This document shows, one piece after another, positions 55,572 through 64,000 of a stretch of DNA of 64,000 nucleotides. The DNA comes from Bdellovibrionales bacterium (GTDB lineage Bacteria > Bdellovibrionota > Bdellovibrionia > Bdellovibrionales > JAGQZY01). The notes beneath the pieces are model-generated. The model was not told where the DNA came from and did not search any database. It saw nothing but the letters and a program-made list of their open reading frames with translations. Position 1 is the first letter of the stretch; each line of letters begins with the position of its first letter. A program made the translations under genes and the position numbers. The stretch spans positions 224,001 through 288,000 of the forward strand of contig CAXRHT010000002.1 of NCBI GenBank assembly GCA_964230645.1. Direction: 5' to 3'.

Positions 55572-57748
55572 AGGTCGATCCCAAGACGTTTACGATTCAC
55601 TTTAATCAAAATCTGGGCGGCCGCACGAGCGTCGTGCAAAGCTCTATGATGAGTTTCTAGGTCGATGTCGAGATCCCGACAGAGGTTTTTAAGACTGTAG
55701 GACTTAAAACCCGGAAGGTGTTTACGGGCTAGTCGAACTGTGCAAGCATTGGGACAAATAAAGCTTTCATTCAAACTTTGAAATTCCCTTTGTATAAAAC
55801 CATAATCAAAGCGAACATTATGGGCGACAAAAATAGCTTCACCTAAAAAGTCTAAAAACTCCTGACGAACTTCTTCAAAAAGGGGAGCCCCTTTTACCAG
55901 TTCATTACTAATGCCAGTGAGTTTGACAATGTTTTTTGGGATCAAACGCCGAGGGTCCAAAAGTGTTGTCCATTCATCCACAATTTCTAGTCCCCTCACC
56001 TTAACAGCACCAATTTCGGTGATTTTTTGCCCCGGCTTATTGCTCCCAGTGGTTTCAATGTCCACCACCACGTACTCCTGATTCTCATTGAGGCTATAAC
56101 GTGTCGTTATCACTTCTGCTTTAAAGCCCGCTTGTTCTAAGCGCTTTAATTGATGCAGTTGATTGGGGCGAATCACATCTCCCTCAGCCTTCACTTCAAT
56201 AAATTGGGCGCAACCATCTTTGTAAGCCACTAGATCCGGATAGCCCGACTTATTGTTTCTAAAATCCTGACAAATTCCTAAAAGCACTTCCTCAAGAGCT
56301 TGAGCTTCTGAGTTTTCAATCAGACGTTGAATTTTTAGATACAGTGACTTTCTCCAAATAAAAAGTGAGTTCCTCTTGCCATAGTTTTCCGTAAAGTTTT
56401 TGAGAATAAAGAGAAGGGTTTGCGAGCTTTTAATATGCTCCAGTCTTTTTTCGATCTTTTCCTTATTGTCAGTGTAAAATTTTTGATCTCTTAGTGTGGC
56501 TGGAAAAAAATCAAATTCGGTTAGCATGCCTCTGGAATTTTCACCAAAAAGTAGATCCCAGAACAAAAGTCCAAACAATCCACACCAAAGATTGTTTTCA
56601 GCTCGATCAACTGTGTATCCCCGTCTCATAAGTTCACTGCGTAAGCCCCACTCAGGCTTACCACGGTAGGCCTCATCAATTGAAATTTGAGAGGCTTGTC
56701 TAAGAACCTTTGTTTGCTGATTGAGTTTTTCACCAGAAAAGTGTCTTGCAAAAAGATTCTCGGCAAGAATCAACTCATCCCCATCTCCTGGATCTGATAA
56801 TATCTTTTTAAGAAGCTCTTTACTTTGGCTCTCTTCCTCTTCTTTGAGCAAAACTCGCACATTTTCAATTCTAGCAGGAGGCCCTGTCGCCTTGGCCAGC
56901 AGTTCTCTTTTAGCTTCAGAACTTTGATTTTTGAGCTTAGCCATTCTCAAAAGTACTTTATTGAAAAGGCGCCTTTCCGGCTCCTCTTTGGGTTCGGGCC
57001 AATTCGATATTGGATATATGTGAAGAGTGTCCTCTTTTAAAATTTCAATGTCCTTAAAAATCTTGGAGAAAAAGTAAATATTTTGAAATTTTAGAGCGGA
57101 CTCAAAACGAGGACCTCTGGAGATCTTAAAGCCAGAGGATTTGGTTACCTGAAGGTCTCGCAGTGTAAAGGCCGACATGTCTTTGCGATTGCTACCAAAA
57201 TAAAGAAACAACAATTGCTCAAACACTAACTGACGGTCGAAAATAAAACCTAAAAAATCAAGGTCTTCGTCTTGAACACTTTCTCTCATTTTTTTTAAAC
57301 GGAGAATCATAGCCTCTTTTTTTAACTGAGGAGAAAGAGACAACTGCACTCTTGCCGCTAAGATTCTAAGTTCCTCTTTTGTCATCTGAGGCAGAACAAA
57401 AAGAAAGTCCCGCGCTAGTGGCACTCTAAAAACTCCCTTTCCTAAAAGCGAGAAAAAAGCTTTTTCTGCATGAGAGATTTCTGGGTAGCTAAAATCCTTT
57501 TCAGAGAAGAAATTCTTTTTGCGGTTAAAAGCCCTAACAACAACACAGCGCTCATTCTGAGGAAGTGATAAAAAATTTCGAGCCTCTTGAAATAGTTTTT
57601 CATCAAAGTCTTTAGGATAATCTCGTAGAACCTGCTTTAATACCGCTTCGAAGTGATTGAGGTAGTAAAATTGTGGCAAGACCTTTAAAGCCCAGGGGGA
57701 AGCTTTGGTGTGGCTGCTGTTGTACTGATGAGAATCGCTATAGCTCAT
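55568..57748 (-). CDS. FAN1-like VRR-NUC nuclease fused to DEDDh (DnaQ-like) 3'-5' exonuclease
   Basis: FYYLNHF N terminus; GYPDL...FIEVK.EGD..RPNQ VRR-NUC; VVVDIETTG, AHNVRFD and HHRALHDA exonuclease motifs. Confidence 0.9.
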   Translation of the reverse strand: MSYSDSHQYNSSHTKASPWALKVLPQFYYLNHFEAVLKQVLRDYPKDFDEKLFQEARNFLSLPQNERCVVVRAFNRKKNFFSEKDFSYPEISHAEKAFFSLLGKGVFRVPLARDFLFVLPQMTKEELRILAARVQLSLSPQLKKEAMILRLKKMRESVQDEDLDFLGFIFDRQLVFEQLLFLYFGSNRKDMSAFTLRDLQVTKSSGFKISRGPRFESALKFQNIYFFSKIFKDIEILKEDTLHIYPISNWPEPKEEPERRLFNKVLLRMAKLKNQSSEAKRELLAKATGPPARIENVRVLLKEEEESQSKELLKKILSDPGDGDELILAENLFARHFSGEKLNQQTKVLRQASQISIDEAYRGKPEWGLRSELMRRGYTVDRAENNLWCGLFGLLFWDLLFGENSRGMLTEFDFFPATLRDQKFYTDNKEKIEKRLEHIKSSQTLLFILKNFTENYGKRNSLFIWRKSLYLKIQRLIENSEAQALEEVLLGICQDFRNNKSGYPDLVAYKDGCAQFIEVKAEGDVIRPNQLHQLKRLEQAGFKAEVITTRYSLNENQEYVVVDIETTGSNKPGQKITEIGAVKVRGLEIVDEWTTLLDPRRLIPKNIVKLTGISNELVKGAPLFEEVRQEFLDFLGEAIFVAHNVRFDYGFIQREFQSLNESFICPNACTVRLARKHLPGFKSYSLKNLCRDLDIDLETHHRALHDARAAAQILIKVNRKRLGIDL

Positions 57749-57757
57749 AACAAAAGA

Positions 57758-57787
57758 AGTGTAAGTTATCTGTAAGTCTTAAGTCAA
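57758..57787 (-). promoter_or_regulatory. Sigma70-like promoter (TTGACT-N18-TACACT) overlapped by operator ACTTACAGATAACTTACA (57777-57760)
   Basis: TGTAAGT-TATC-TGTAAGT on + strand; the -10 element ends 9 nt before ATG 57748. Confidence 0.75.
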
Positions 57788-57875
57788 ATCATGCTTTTAA
57801 TTACAAGGTCTAGTTCTCATAGAATGCGCTAAAGACTTTGAGACTTTCCGAGCAATTTCCTAAAATAAAAGCCTT

Positions 57876-58463
57876 ATGAGTGAACTCTTTAGTCCTAATG
57901 TAGATAATGTCCGTCTTGCCAATGCCACTGTTCTTACTGCCGAGGGGCAGCAAATTAAACTCGGCCAAATCTGGCAATCAAAACCAGTCATCCTTGTCTT
58001 TCTACGCCATTTTGCCTGCATTGCGTGCAGAACTCACGCCCTGGAAGTTTGGCGAGATCGGCAAGACTACCTTAAACATGGAAACATCGTTTTTATTGGC
58101 AATGGCGACGCGAGCTACATTGAAAAGTTCAAAACAGAACTCAAAATGCGAGAGGCTTTGGTACTCACAGATCCTAGCCTCGAATCTTTTCGAGCCGCCG
58201 GTTTTCACTATGGCTTTTTTTACGTCGTGCAAACGGCTACAATTAAAAACGTCGTAAAAATGTTGAGAAAAGGGCACAAGCAGGTAAGCTACACCAAAAA
58301 AGCGGGCACCCATTGGCAACTTGGTGGTGTCCTCGGAGTGAACACCAACGGTGAGGTTTTCTATCAGTACATTAGTGAGTCAATGGGAGATTTCCCGGAT
58401 AAAACTAATCTTGAACTTATAAAAGAAGACGAAAAAAAAAGGGACTCCCCTACCCTTTCTTGA
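57876..58463 (+). CDS. Peroxiredoxin-like AhpC/TSA (PRXL2/AAED1-like) protein
   Basis: VFLRHFACIACR, LTDPS and QLGG motifs. Confidence 0.82.
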   Translation: MSELFSPNVDNVRLANATVLTAEGQQIKLGQIWQSKPVILVFLRHFACIACRTHALEVWRDRQDYLKHGNIVFIGNGDASYIEKFKTELKMREALVLTDPSLESFRAAGFHYGFFYVVQTATIKNVVKMLRKGHKQVSYTKKAGTHWQLGGVLGVNTNGEVFYQYISESMGDFPDKTNLELIKEDEKKRDSPTLS

Positions 58464-58552
58464 TGAGGCAAACGACTATCAATCTTTTTGTTGCCATCTT
58501 CTTTTCTGTTGCCTATCGTTAACCAATAACCGTTTACAATTGAGGGGACAAT

Positions 58553-59128
58553 ATGCAGCCACTGAAGTTTTTACTTCCACTTTTCTTGCTTTTAAGTTTA
58601 AACGCCAACGCCAAAGACTCCAGTGGTTTTGGCCTGTCTGTTGGTTCGGGAATTCCCTACCTGGGACAAGGGGGCGTGCATTTCCGCCTTTCTGAAAAGA
58701 TCACTTTCTATGGAGGCTACAACATTCTCTCTTTGTCCACAGGCTCTGCAAAAGCTGAGCTCACAATGCCTGAGGTTTTGGTGCAATATCACCCTTTCTC
58801 AGGATCATTTTTTGTTGGTGGGGGTCTTGGGCAAGAGGCCTTGGTAGCAACCGCTCAAGATGCAGACAGTGGCCAGGAAGTTCGCGCTGAAGTTAACGCC
58901 ACTACCGCTATTGCTAAGCTTGGCTGGATGTGGGGCGCTTCCAATGGAGGCTTTTGGTTTGGGATTGATGTTTCCTATGTGATTCCTATGAGTCCTGAAA
59001 CGACTATCACAGCCCCTGGAGTTCCTCAGAACGATCCTGATTACCAAGATGTTGAAGACGCAGCAAATCGTTTTGGGGAAACCTCTTATTTTAACTTTAC
59101 ATTTGCAAGATTGGGTTACATTTTTTAA
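58553..59128 (+). CDS. Outer-membrane beta-barrel-like protein
   Basis: Signal peptide, YHPFSGSFFVGGG, terminal LGYIF. Confidence 0.7.
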   Translation: MQPLKFLLPLFLLLSLNANAKDSSGFGLSVGSGIPYLGQGGVHFRLSEKITFYGGYNILSLSTGSAKAELTMPEVLVQYHPFSGSFFVGGGLGQEALVATAQDADSGQEVRAEVNATTAIAKLGWMWGASNGGFWFGIDVSYVIPMSPETTITAPGVPQNDPDYQDVEDAANRFGETSYFNFTFARLGYIF

Positions 59129-59137
59129 CGTAGAAAT

Positions 59138-60025
59138 ATGTTAAGCACCATCGTACCCCATAGCCTGAAAGAGGTGGAGTCACTCATCAGAGACTCCACA
59201 ACCTCTCTTTACGAAAATTATGGGAGTTTCAAATTATTTATTGTTCGCAAGGCCGAAATCACTAAAGACAATCTTAGTTTCTCGACTGAGACCTATATTA
59301 TCAGCAGTGAGAAAAAAGAGGTCTATTACTACGACCAAAAAAATAATAAAGTCGATAAACTTCCTAAAGCCTTTCAAAGCTTTCTAAGACGAATGGAAAA
59401 GATTTATAATAACAACCAGAAAATCATCAACACCTACTCTCATGGAGTAGAAAATCTTGAAGACTATCTCTACAATCGAACCACTCCGAGTTACTTTATG
59501 GATATGTGGTTTGACCTTAAACGAGTCCTCTCAAAACTAGAGAACTACTACTACCGCAATTCCGTGGTTTATCGTGAGTTTTTTAAAGACATGGAGGAAA
59601 TGTTTGGTGACTGGTGGGATGAATTCAAAGACATCGAAGAAAACATTAGTTTTCAGATTTCAAACATTAACACCATGATTTCACGACTGGATGGAGTCTA
59701 TAATTACTTTGAATCCATCAAAGCCGATCGGCTCAATAAAACCCTTCTCAGCTTAACGGTCATCTCGGGAATTTTTCTTCCCCTTAATCTTATCGTTGGT
59801 TTTTTTGGCATGAATACCCCAGGTCTTTATTTCCTTGAAGACAAACAGGGGACTCAAAAAGTGCTCATGATTTTAGGAGGAGTGTTACTGACTTTTCTCG
59901 TCGGTTTTAAAGTGGTAAGACTCATTGATCGATATCTGCTTCGCTTTATCCTTGGTCGCTATAACTTTTATAAAAATATCACCTCAAAGCTTGAAGACTT
60001 TAATTCTCGAATGCACGGTCGATAA
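59138..60025 (+). CDS. corA: CorA family divalent cation transporter
   Basis: LTVISGIFLPLNLIVGFFGMN signature and two C-terminal TMs. Confidence 0.85.
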   Translation: MLSTIVPHSLKEVESLIRDSTTSLYENYGSFKLFIVRKAEITKDNLSFSTETYIISSEKKEVYYYDQKNNKVDKLPKAFQSFLRRMEKIYNNNQKIINTYSHGVENLEDYLYNRTTPSYFMDMWFDLKRVLSKLENYYYRNSVVYREFFKDMEEMFGDWWDEFKDIEENISFQISNINTMISRLDGVYNYFESIKADRLNKTLLSLTVISGIFLPLNLIVGFFGMNTPGLYFLEDKQGTQKVLMILGGVLLTFLVGFKVVRLIDRYLLRFILGRYNFYKNITSKLEDFNSRMHGR

Positions 60026-60892
60026 TTAATTTTCAAGAGCTTGGAACGTCACCCTGTCAGGACTCGGGAGTGTGGTGTAGTTAAAAAATAACACCCTCAA
60101 GTTTCTTTTCTTTTTTGCGCCAGATCGATCACTTCTTTCGGAGAGCAGAATAAGCTTTTCGATAGCAGAATGTAAAATCCCAATAGCTTCTTCAAACTCC
60201 TCGTCAGAGAGAAAAGAGTTGAAAAGTGAGAAGCGGTTATCTCTACCCTTAGGGAGCCGCATGGTGTTTTGCAAAAAAGGAAGAAGGTCCAGATAGGCTC
60301 CCCTACCGAGTTTCGTTAGCTTTCTATTTTTGTCATTATTAATACTCAGAAAATCCCCTGACCTCTCAATAACTCCAATATCTCGATTAAGAAAGCGGAG
60401 TCTTTCATAAACGACACTGTCGGCAAAAAAATGGCTAAAGACTTTTCTTACCTGCGACCAAGTCACTTGTTTGTTACCTCTAATAAATTCAATGATAATT
60501 TTATCTATGGAGCTTAAGCTAGGGATCTCAGCAAACTGATCCTGCCAGAATTCTAAAATAAAACGGTTGGATCTTAAATAGGTCTCTTTTTCATCCGCCT
60601 CTTTACCCTCTGCAAGAAGAAGGTTTAACAAAAATTGCTCTTCCATGGCCGAAAAGTTTTCGTTGGCTAAAATCCTTTTGTACAATTCAAAGTTAAATTT
60701 TCTTTTGCCTCGCAAAACATCAGAAACAAAGGAAGGTGTTTTATAACCCAAAAATGTAGAAAGTTTTCGAATGGAGTATTTTTTATTTTTTTGGCTCTTG
60801 AAATCATAATAGACCTTAAAAAAGTCGCCCGCTGTCACGCACTGACGCAATTGTTCTATTATGTATTTAGAGTCCATTGACTGATGCAACAT
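60026..60892 (-). CDS. TIGR02147-like HTH protein
   Basis: YSIRKLSTFLGYKTPSFVSDVLRGKRK HTH and EEQF motif typical of this Bdellovibrio/Fibrobacter family. Confidence 0.7.
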   Translation of the reverse strand: MLHQSMDSKYIIEQLRQCVTAGDFFKVYYDFKSQKNKKYSIRKLSTFLGYKTPSFVSDVLRGKRKFNFELYKRILANENFSAMEEQFLLNLLLAEGKEADEKETYLRSNRFILEFWQDQFAEIPSLSSIDKIIIEFIRGNKQVTWSQVRKVFSHFFADSVVYERLRFLNRDIGVIERSGDFLSINNDKNRKLTKLGRGAYLDLLPFLQNTMRLPKGRDNRFSLFNSFLSDEEFEEAIGILHSAIEKLILLSERSDRSGAKKKRNLRVLFFNYTTLPSPDRVTFQALEN

Positions 60893-61123
60893 AGTGGCTG
60901 CTTACCAAAAGAGAAGGGATCGATCGAGAAGTCTTTGTCACCAGACGCTGTTTAGAAAAAAAACCTCGTCAACGAAACTACTGACGAGGCACTCATTTGA
61001 ATATAATGGACTTTGAGTCCTAGAGCTAAAGTTTACAATATTTGCACATTTATTTCATTTTTGTGTGATTCAATTAGATGGGCTTTCTATAAAATAGGGG
61101 CATAACTGGGTCACGGAGGATCT

Positions 61124-61429
61124 ATGTTGAAGTTTTTAGTAGTCAGTATTATCGGTATCAGCTTTTATACGACTCATTTGAAAGCCAAGGATGATACACC
61201 TAAAGAAAAACCCCGTAAAAGTGTAGAAAATTGGTATCGCAACCAGACTAGGCGCCCAGCCAGCGTCGTCGTTACTGATTATTATATTCTTAAAAGTGAT
61301 GATTTTAACTTCTCTCCTACGGAATCCACCTCTATCCATAAACAGTATACCTGTAGCACAATCGCCTCCGGGCAAGGAATTCCTGAGTCTGCCTTGGAAC
61401 CAAAACAAACAAAAAGGACAGCGAGATGA
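61124..61429 (+). CDS. Small secreted protein with RRPAS motif
   Basis: GGAGG RBS, signal peptide. Confidence 0.55.
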   Translation: MLKFLVVSIIGISFYTTHLKAKDDTPKEKPRKSVENWYRNQTRRPASVVVTDYYILKSDDFNFSPTESTSIHKQYTCSTIASGQGIPESALEPKQTKRTAR

Positions 61430-61450
61430 CTACTAAATAGTCCCAACGAC

Positions 61451-61486
61451 AAGGCTCCCTTTCGTCCCATGGGAGTCTTTTTTTTT
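61451..61486 (+). terminator. Intrinsic terminator
   Basis: GGCTCCC / GGGAGTC stem followed by a T9 run. Confidence 0.65.
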
Positions 61487-61505
61487 AAACAAAGGAGTGC
61501 TCATC

Positions 61506-62000
61506 ATGAAGGGCTTAAAGATTTTAATTGTTTCAGCATTATTATTTTCCTGCTTTTCCGCATGGGCAGAAAGTCTACAAAAAACTAAAATCCCTTTTCA
61601 CTCCTCTCATACCGGCGAGCAGACGGAGTCATCCTATCTTGAATTCTCGAATAAAAAAATAAAGCAAGTTCAACGAAGCCTCAATCAAAATGGTCACAAC
61701 CTACAAATCGATGGGATCCTGGGCCCGAATACTAAAATGGCCCTAAGGGATTTTCAAAAAAAACATCGCCTCCTCGCTAGTGGATCACTAACACCTAATA
61801 CTCTTTCCACCTTAGGAATAGAAAACGCCACAGCCTCCCAAACTCGAAAACCTGCCAGTATTCAGCAGGACCCTAGTTCTTTGGAGGTCGAAGAGGATGA
61901 TCAAAGATTTCGAGAAAAATTGAAAAAAGAGAAGGAACTGGATTATGAAGAGCTCGATGTTGAAATCCCTATCAACTCTACCCCTATTGATAATTACTGA
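61506..62000 (+). CDS. Secreted peptidoglycan-binding domain protein
   Basis: IKQVQRSL...DGILGPNTKMALRDFQKKHRL..SG..T PG_binding_1 motif; start ATG 61506 after AAGGAG. Confidence 0.85.
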   Translation: MKGLKILIVSALLFSCFSAWAESLQKTKIPFHSSHTGEQTESSYLEFSNKKIKQVQRSLNQNGHNLQIDGILGPNTKMALRDFQKKHRLLASGSLTPNTLSTLGIENATASQTRKPASIQQDPSSLEVEEDDQRFREKLKKEKELDYEELDVEIPINSTPIDNY

Positions 62001-62194
62001 GCGAGACGTTAGTCCTGTGTCTTCATTGAGATGTTACCAATAAGATCCGTCAAGATGCGCTCCTACTCACCATGACACAACCCTACTGAGCGTTTTAATT
62101 ATCAGGACAAAATGAGCGGGACCTGACCACACCTTTGTGAAGCTTTCTTCACAATTAATGGAATTTTCCTTAACAATTTGCTAACCTGTAAGAC

Positions 62195-62986
62195 GTGTTC
62201 AGTTCTAGAATCTACAACCTTTTTAGTCTATTCATTCTGATTGCTCTTTTACCGGTATCAGTCAATGCTGGCGGTTCTAATAATGACTTTTTTAAAATAG
62301 CGGTCATCGATACGGGCTGTGATTTTGACCATCCTCTTTTAGAGTCTTATGTGCGCCTCCCTAGTCTTCGCGACGGTAAAGATGAGACCGGCCACGGTAC
62401 TCATATTGCGGGCATCATCGTGCGCGGTCTGCAGGAAAAAAAAATAGATAAAAAATTAGAAATAGTACCGATCAAGTTTTTTGAAAACTCAGACAGTGAT
62501 TCCGAATTAACCAAGTCTTTTGCTCATGCCTTGAGACGAGCCATTGATCTTGATGTTCAAATTATCCATGTTTCAGCTGGTGGACCACAACCCAGTGAAC
62601 TAGAGCTCAACCTCCTCCTTGAAGCACAAAGAAAAGGGATTCTCGTGGTAGCCGCTGCTGGCAACAAGCGCCCCAAAGACCCGACTTATTCTTTTTATCC
62701 CGCCGCTTACCCTTTGGATCACGTTATTTCTGTGGTCGGTACCGATCAAAGAGGAAACCGGCTTCTTACCAGTAATATTAATTACGGTAAAAAGAACCTC
62801 TATTTTCCAGGTGAAAATATTCTCTCTTCACTACCAGGGGAGCGCTTTGGGCGCCTCACAGGATCCTCGCAAGCCGCTGCCAAAGCGACCGTTTTAATTG
62901 CCTCTTTATGGATCAGTGAAGGTCAGGCCCAGGCTTTTAAAAAAGTGATTCCTGACTCTGCCATGCAAGCCAATAACAACCACTAG
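62195..62986 (+). CDS. S8 family (subtilisin-like) serine peptidase
   Basis: AVIDTG, GHGTHIAG, AAAGN and TGSSQA catalytic motifs. Confidence 0.88.
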   Translation: MFSSRIYNLFSLFILIALLPVSVNAGGSNNDFFKIAVIDTGCDFDHPLLESYVRLPSLRDGKDETGHGTHIAGIIVRGLQEKKIDKKLEIVPIKFFENSDSDSELTKSFAHALRRAIDLDVQIIHVSAGGPQPSELELNLLLEAQRKGILVVAAAGNKRPKDPTYSFYPAAYPLDHVISVVGTDQRGNRLLTSNINYGKKNLYFPGENILSSLPGERFGRLTGSSQAAAKATVLIASLWISEGQAQAFKKVIPDSAMQANNNH

Positions 62987-62989
62987 TTC

Positions 62990-63769
62990 TTAATTAGGAC
63001 AGCGACTTTTCTCTTTATTAGCTCGGTAGATATCCATGTATCGTGGCGCTAACTCACTTAATTTTTGAATTCTAGTTTCGGGACTGGGGTGGGTAGATAA
63101 AAACTCTGGAGGCCCTCCGCCTTTTTGAGCCATTTTTCGCCAAAGCTCTGGAGCCTCTCTAGGGTCAAAGCCCGCTTGTGACATATATTTCACGCCGAGC
63201 TCGTCAGCCTCTGACTCATGCTTTCGACTAAAAGGCAAAAGCACTCCCACTTGGGCTCCTAATCCCATAGCTCCTAAAAGAAGACGATCTGTCGTCTTAC
63301 TTTGACCAAGGGCAATTTGTGCCACTGCCATCCCCCCTTGCACCGCCATTTGCTGGGAAGCTCTCTCGTTTCCATGCTCTGCAATCACGTGGGCAATCTC
63401 ATGTCCAATCACCGCGGCCAACTGGCCGTTGTTATCCACTAAATCGATCATACCCGTGTGCACTCCAAAGTTATTGCCTGGAAGGGCAAAAGCATTGGGT
63501 TCATCGGCTTTAAAGACATTGATATCCCAGTCGCTAGGATTTTTACCCATGGCCTTTAAAAGGGCATCTGATATACAGCGCACTCGTTTATGCTCAGGAG
63601 AACTCTCAGAAAGTGTGGGCTGCTTTTTCACCATGTCAGAAAAAGCCGAATCCCCCATCTGATTCATTTGGTCTGAGGGCAAGGCGGTAAACTGCTTTCT
63701 GCCTGTAGGCGAAGTTGAGCAAGAAACTAGAAAAAATAGGCCGACGATAAAAAATGTGAAATTTCTCAT
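62990..63769 (-). CDS. M48 family metallopeptidase lipoprotein
   Basis: Lipobox LVSC; NAFALPG, GHEIAH, FSRKHESEAD and FLSTHP motifs. Confidence 0.92.
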   Translation of the reverse strand: MRNFTFFIVGLFFLVSCSTSPTGRKQFTALPSDQMNQMGDSAFSDMVKKQPTLSESSPEHKRVRCISDALLKAMGKNPSDWDINVFKADEPNAFALPGNNFGVHTGMIDLVDNNGQLAAVIGHEIAHVIAEHGNERASQQMAVQGGMAVAQIALGQSKTTDRLLLGAMGLGAQVGVLLPFSRKHESEADELGVKYMSQAGFDPREAPELWRKMAQKGGGPPEFLSTHPSPETRIQKLSELAPRYMDIYRANKEKSRCPN

Positions 63770-63877
63770 AGTTAAAAATTAGTCTTTTTCACCAACGAAG
63801 ACTTTCACCTTAGTTGCTGATATTGTTTAGGAATATCCACAATTCGAGGAGAACTCCTTGGCCCTTATTTCTTAGGC

Positions 63878-63902
63878 AAAAAAAAAGCTTCCCAAAGGAA
63901 GC
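63878..63902 (-). terminator. Intrinsic terminator on minus strand
   Basis: GCTTCC / GGAAGC stem with an A9 run on its left. Confidence 0.55.
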
Positions 63903-63933
63903 CCTTTCTTTTCAATGGCTCTCGGCAATGATT

Positions 63934-63999
63934 TTAGTTACAGATCACGTGACCCTCATGGGTCGTTCCCGCACCAACAGCAAAAGAAACTTTATATAC
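63934..63999 (-). CDS. Possible 3' end of a gene entering from beyond the window (..VYKVSFAVGAGTTHEGHVICN)
   Basis: Open frame to TAA followed by the minus-strand terminator. Confidence 0.35.
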   Translation of the reverse strand, partial: VYKVSFAVGAGTTHEGHVICN

Positions 64000-64000
64000 T

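Noticed and set aside
61371..61435. Fluoride riboswitch-like words (GGCAA...GAGTCTGCC...GATGACTACTA)
   Set aside because: An 8-nt insertion disrupts the conserved loop, it overlaps a CDS, and no fluoride-related gene follows.

Overview
Chromosomal window from a Bdellovibrionota-like bacterium. The taxonomy is inferred from a giant MAT-type fibre protein, a TIGR02147-type HTH protein, an FQNC lipoprotein signal and RxPAS motifs. About 45 genes are present: stress and redox enzymes (OYE, SSADH, SodC, CurA-like, MscL), an imuA-imuB-dnaE2 mutagenesis cassette, a radical SAM + DUF4130-UdgX repair operon, a FAN1-like VRR-NUC/DEDDh nuclease, an atypical TolC-MFP-RND-TetR operon, a GH13-SSS-ROK sugar operon, a YqcI/YcgG-DUF1989 fusion, ppc, ilvE, corA, proteases and many secreted hypotheticals. 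The strongest unexplained signal is an 18-bp direct-repeat operator, ACTTACA-N4-AC(T/A)TACA. It lies in the promoter regions of all three unlinked DNA-damage loci and is a candidate undescribed SOS/LexA box. Five intergenic clusters of TGTC-tagged REP/REPIN-like palindromes carry tandem half-repeats that decay outward. No CRISPR array, tRNA, rRNA or transposase was recognised. All family calls come from motif recognition by eye; no searches were run.
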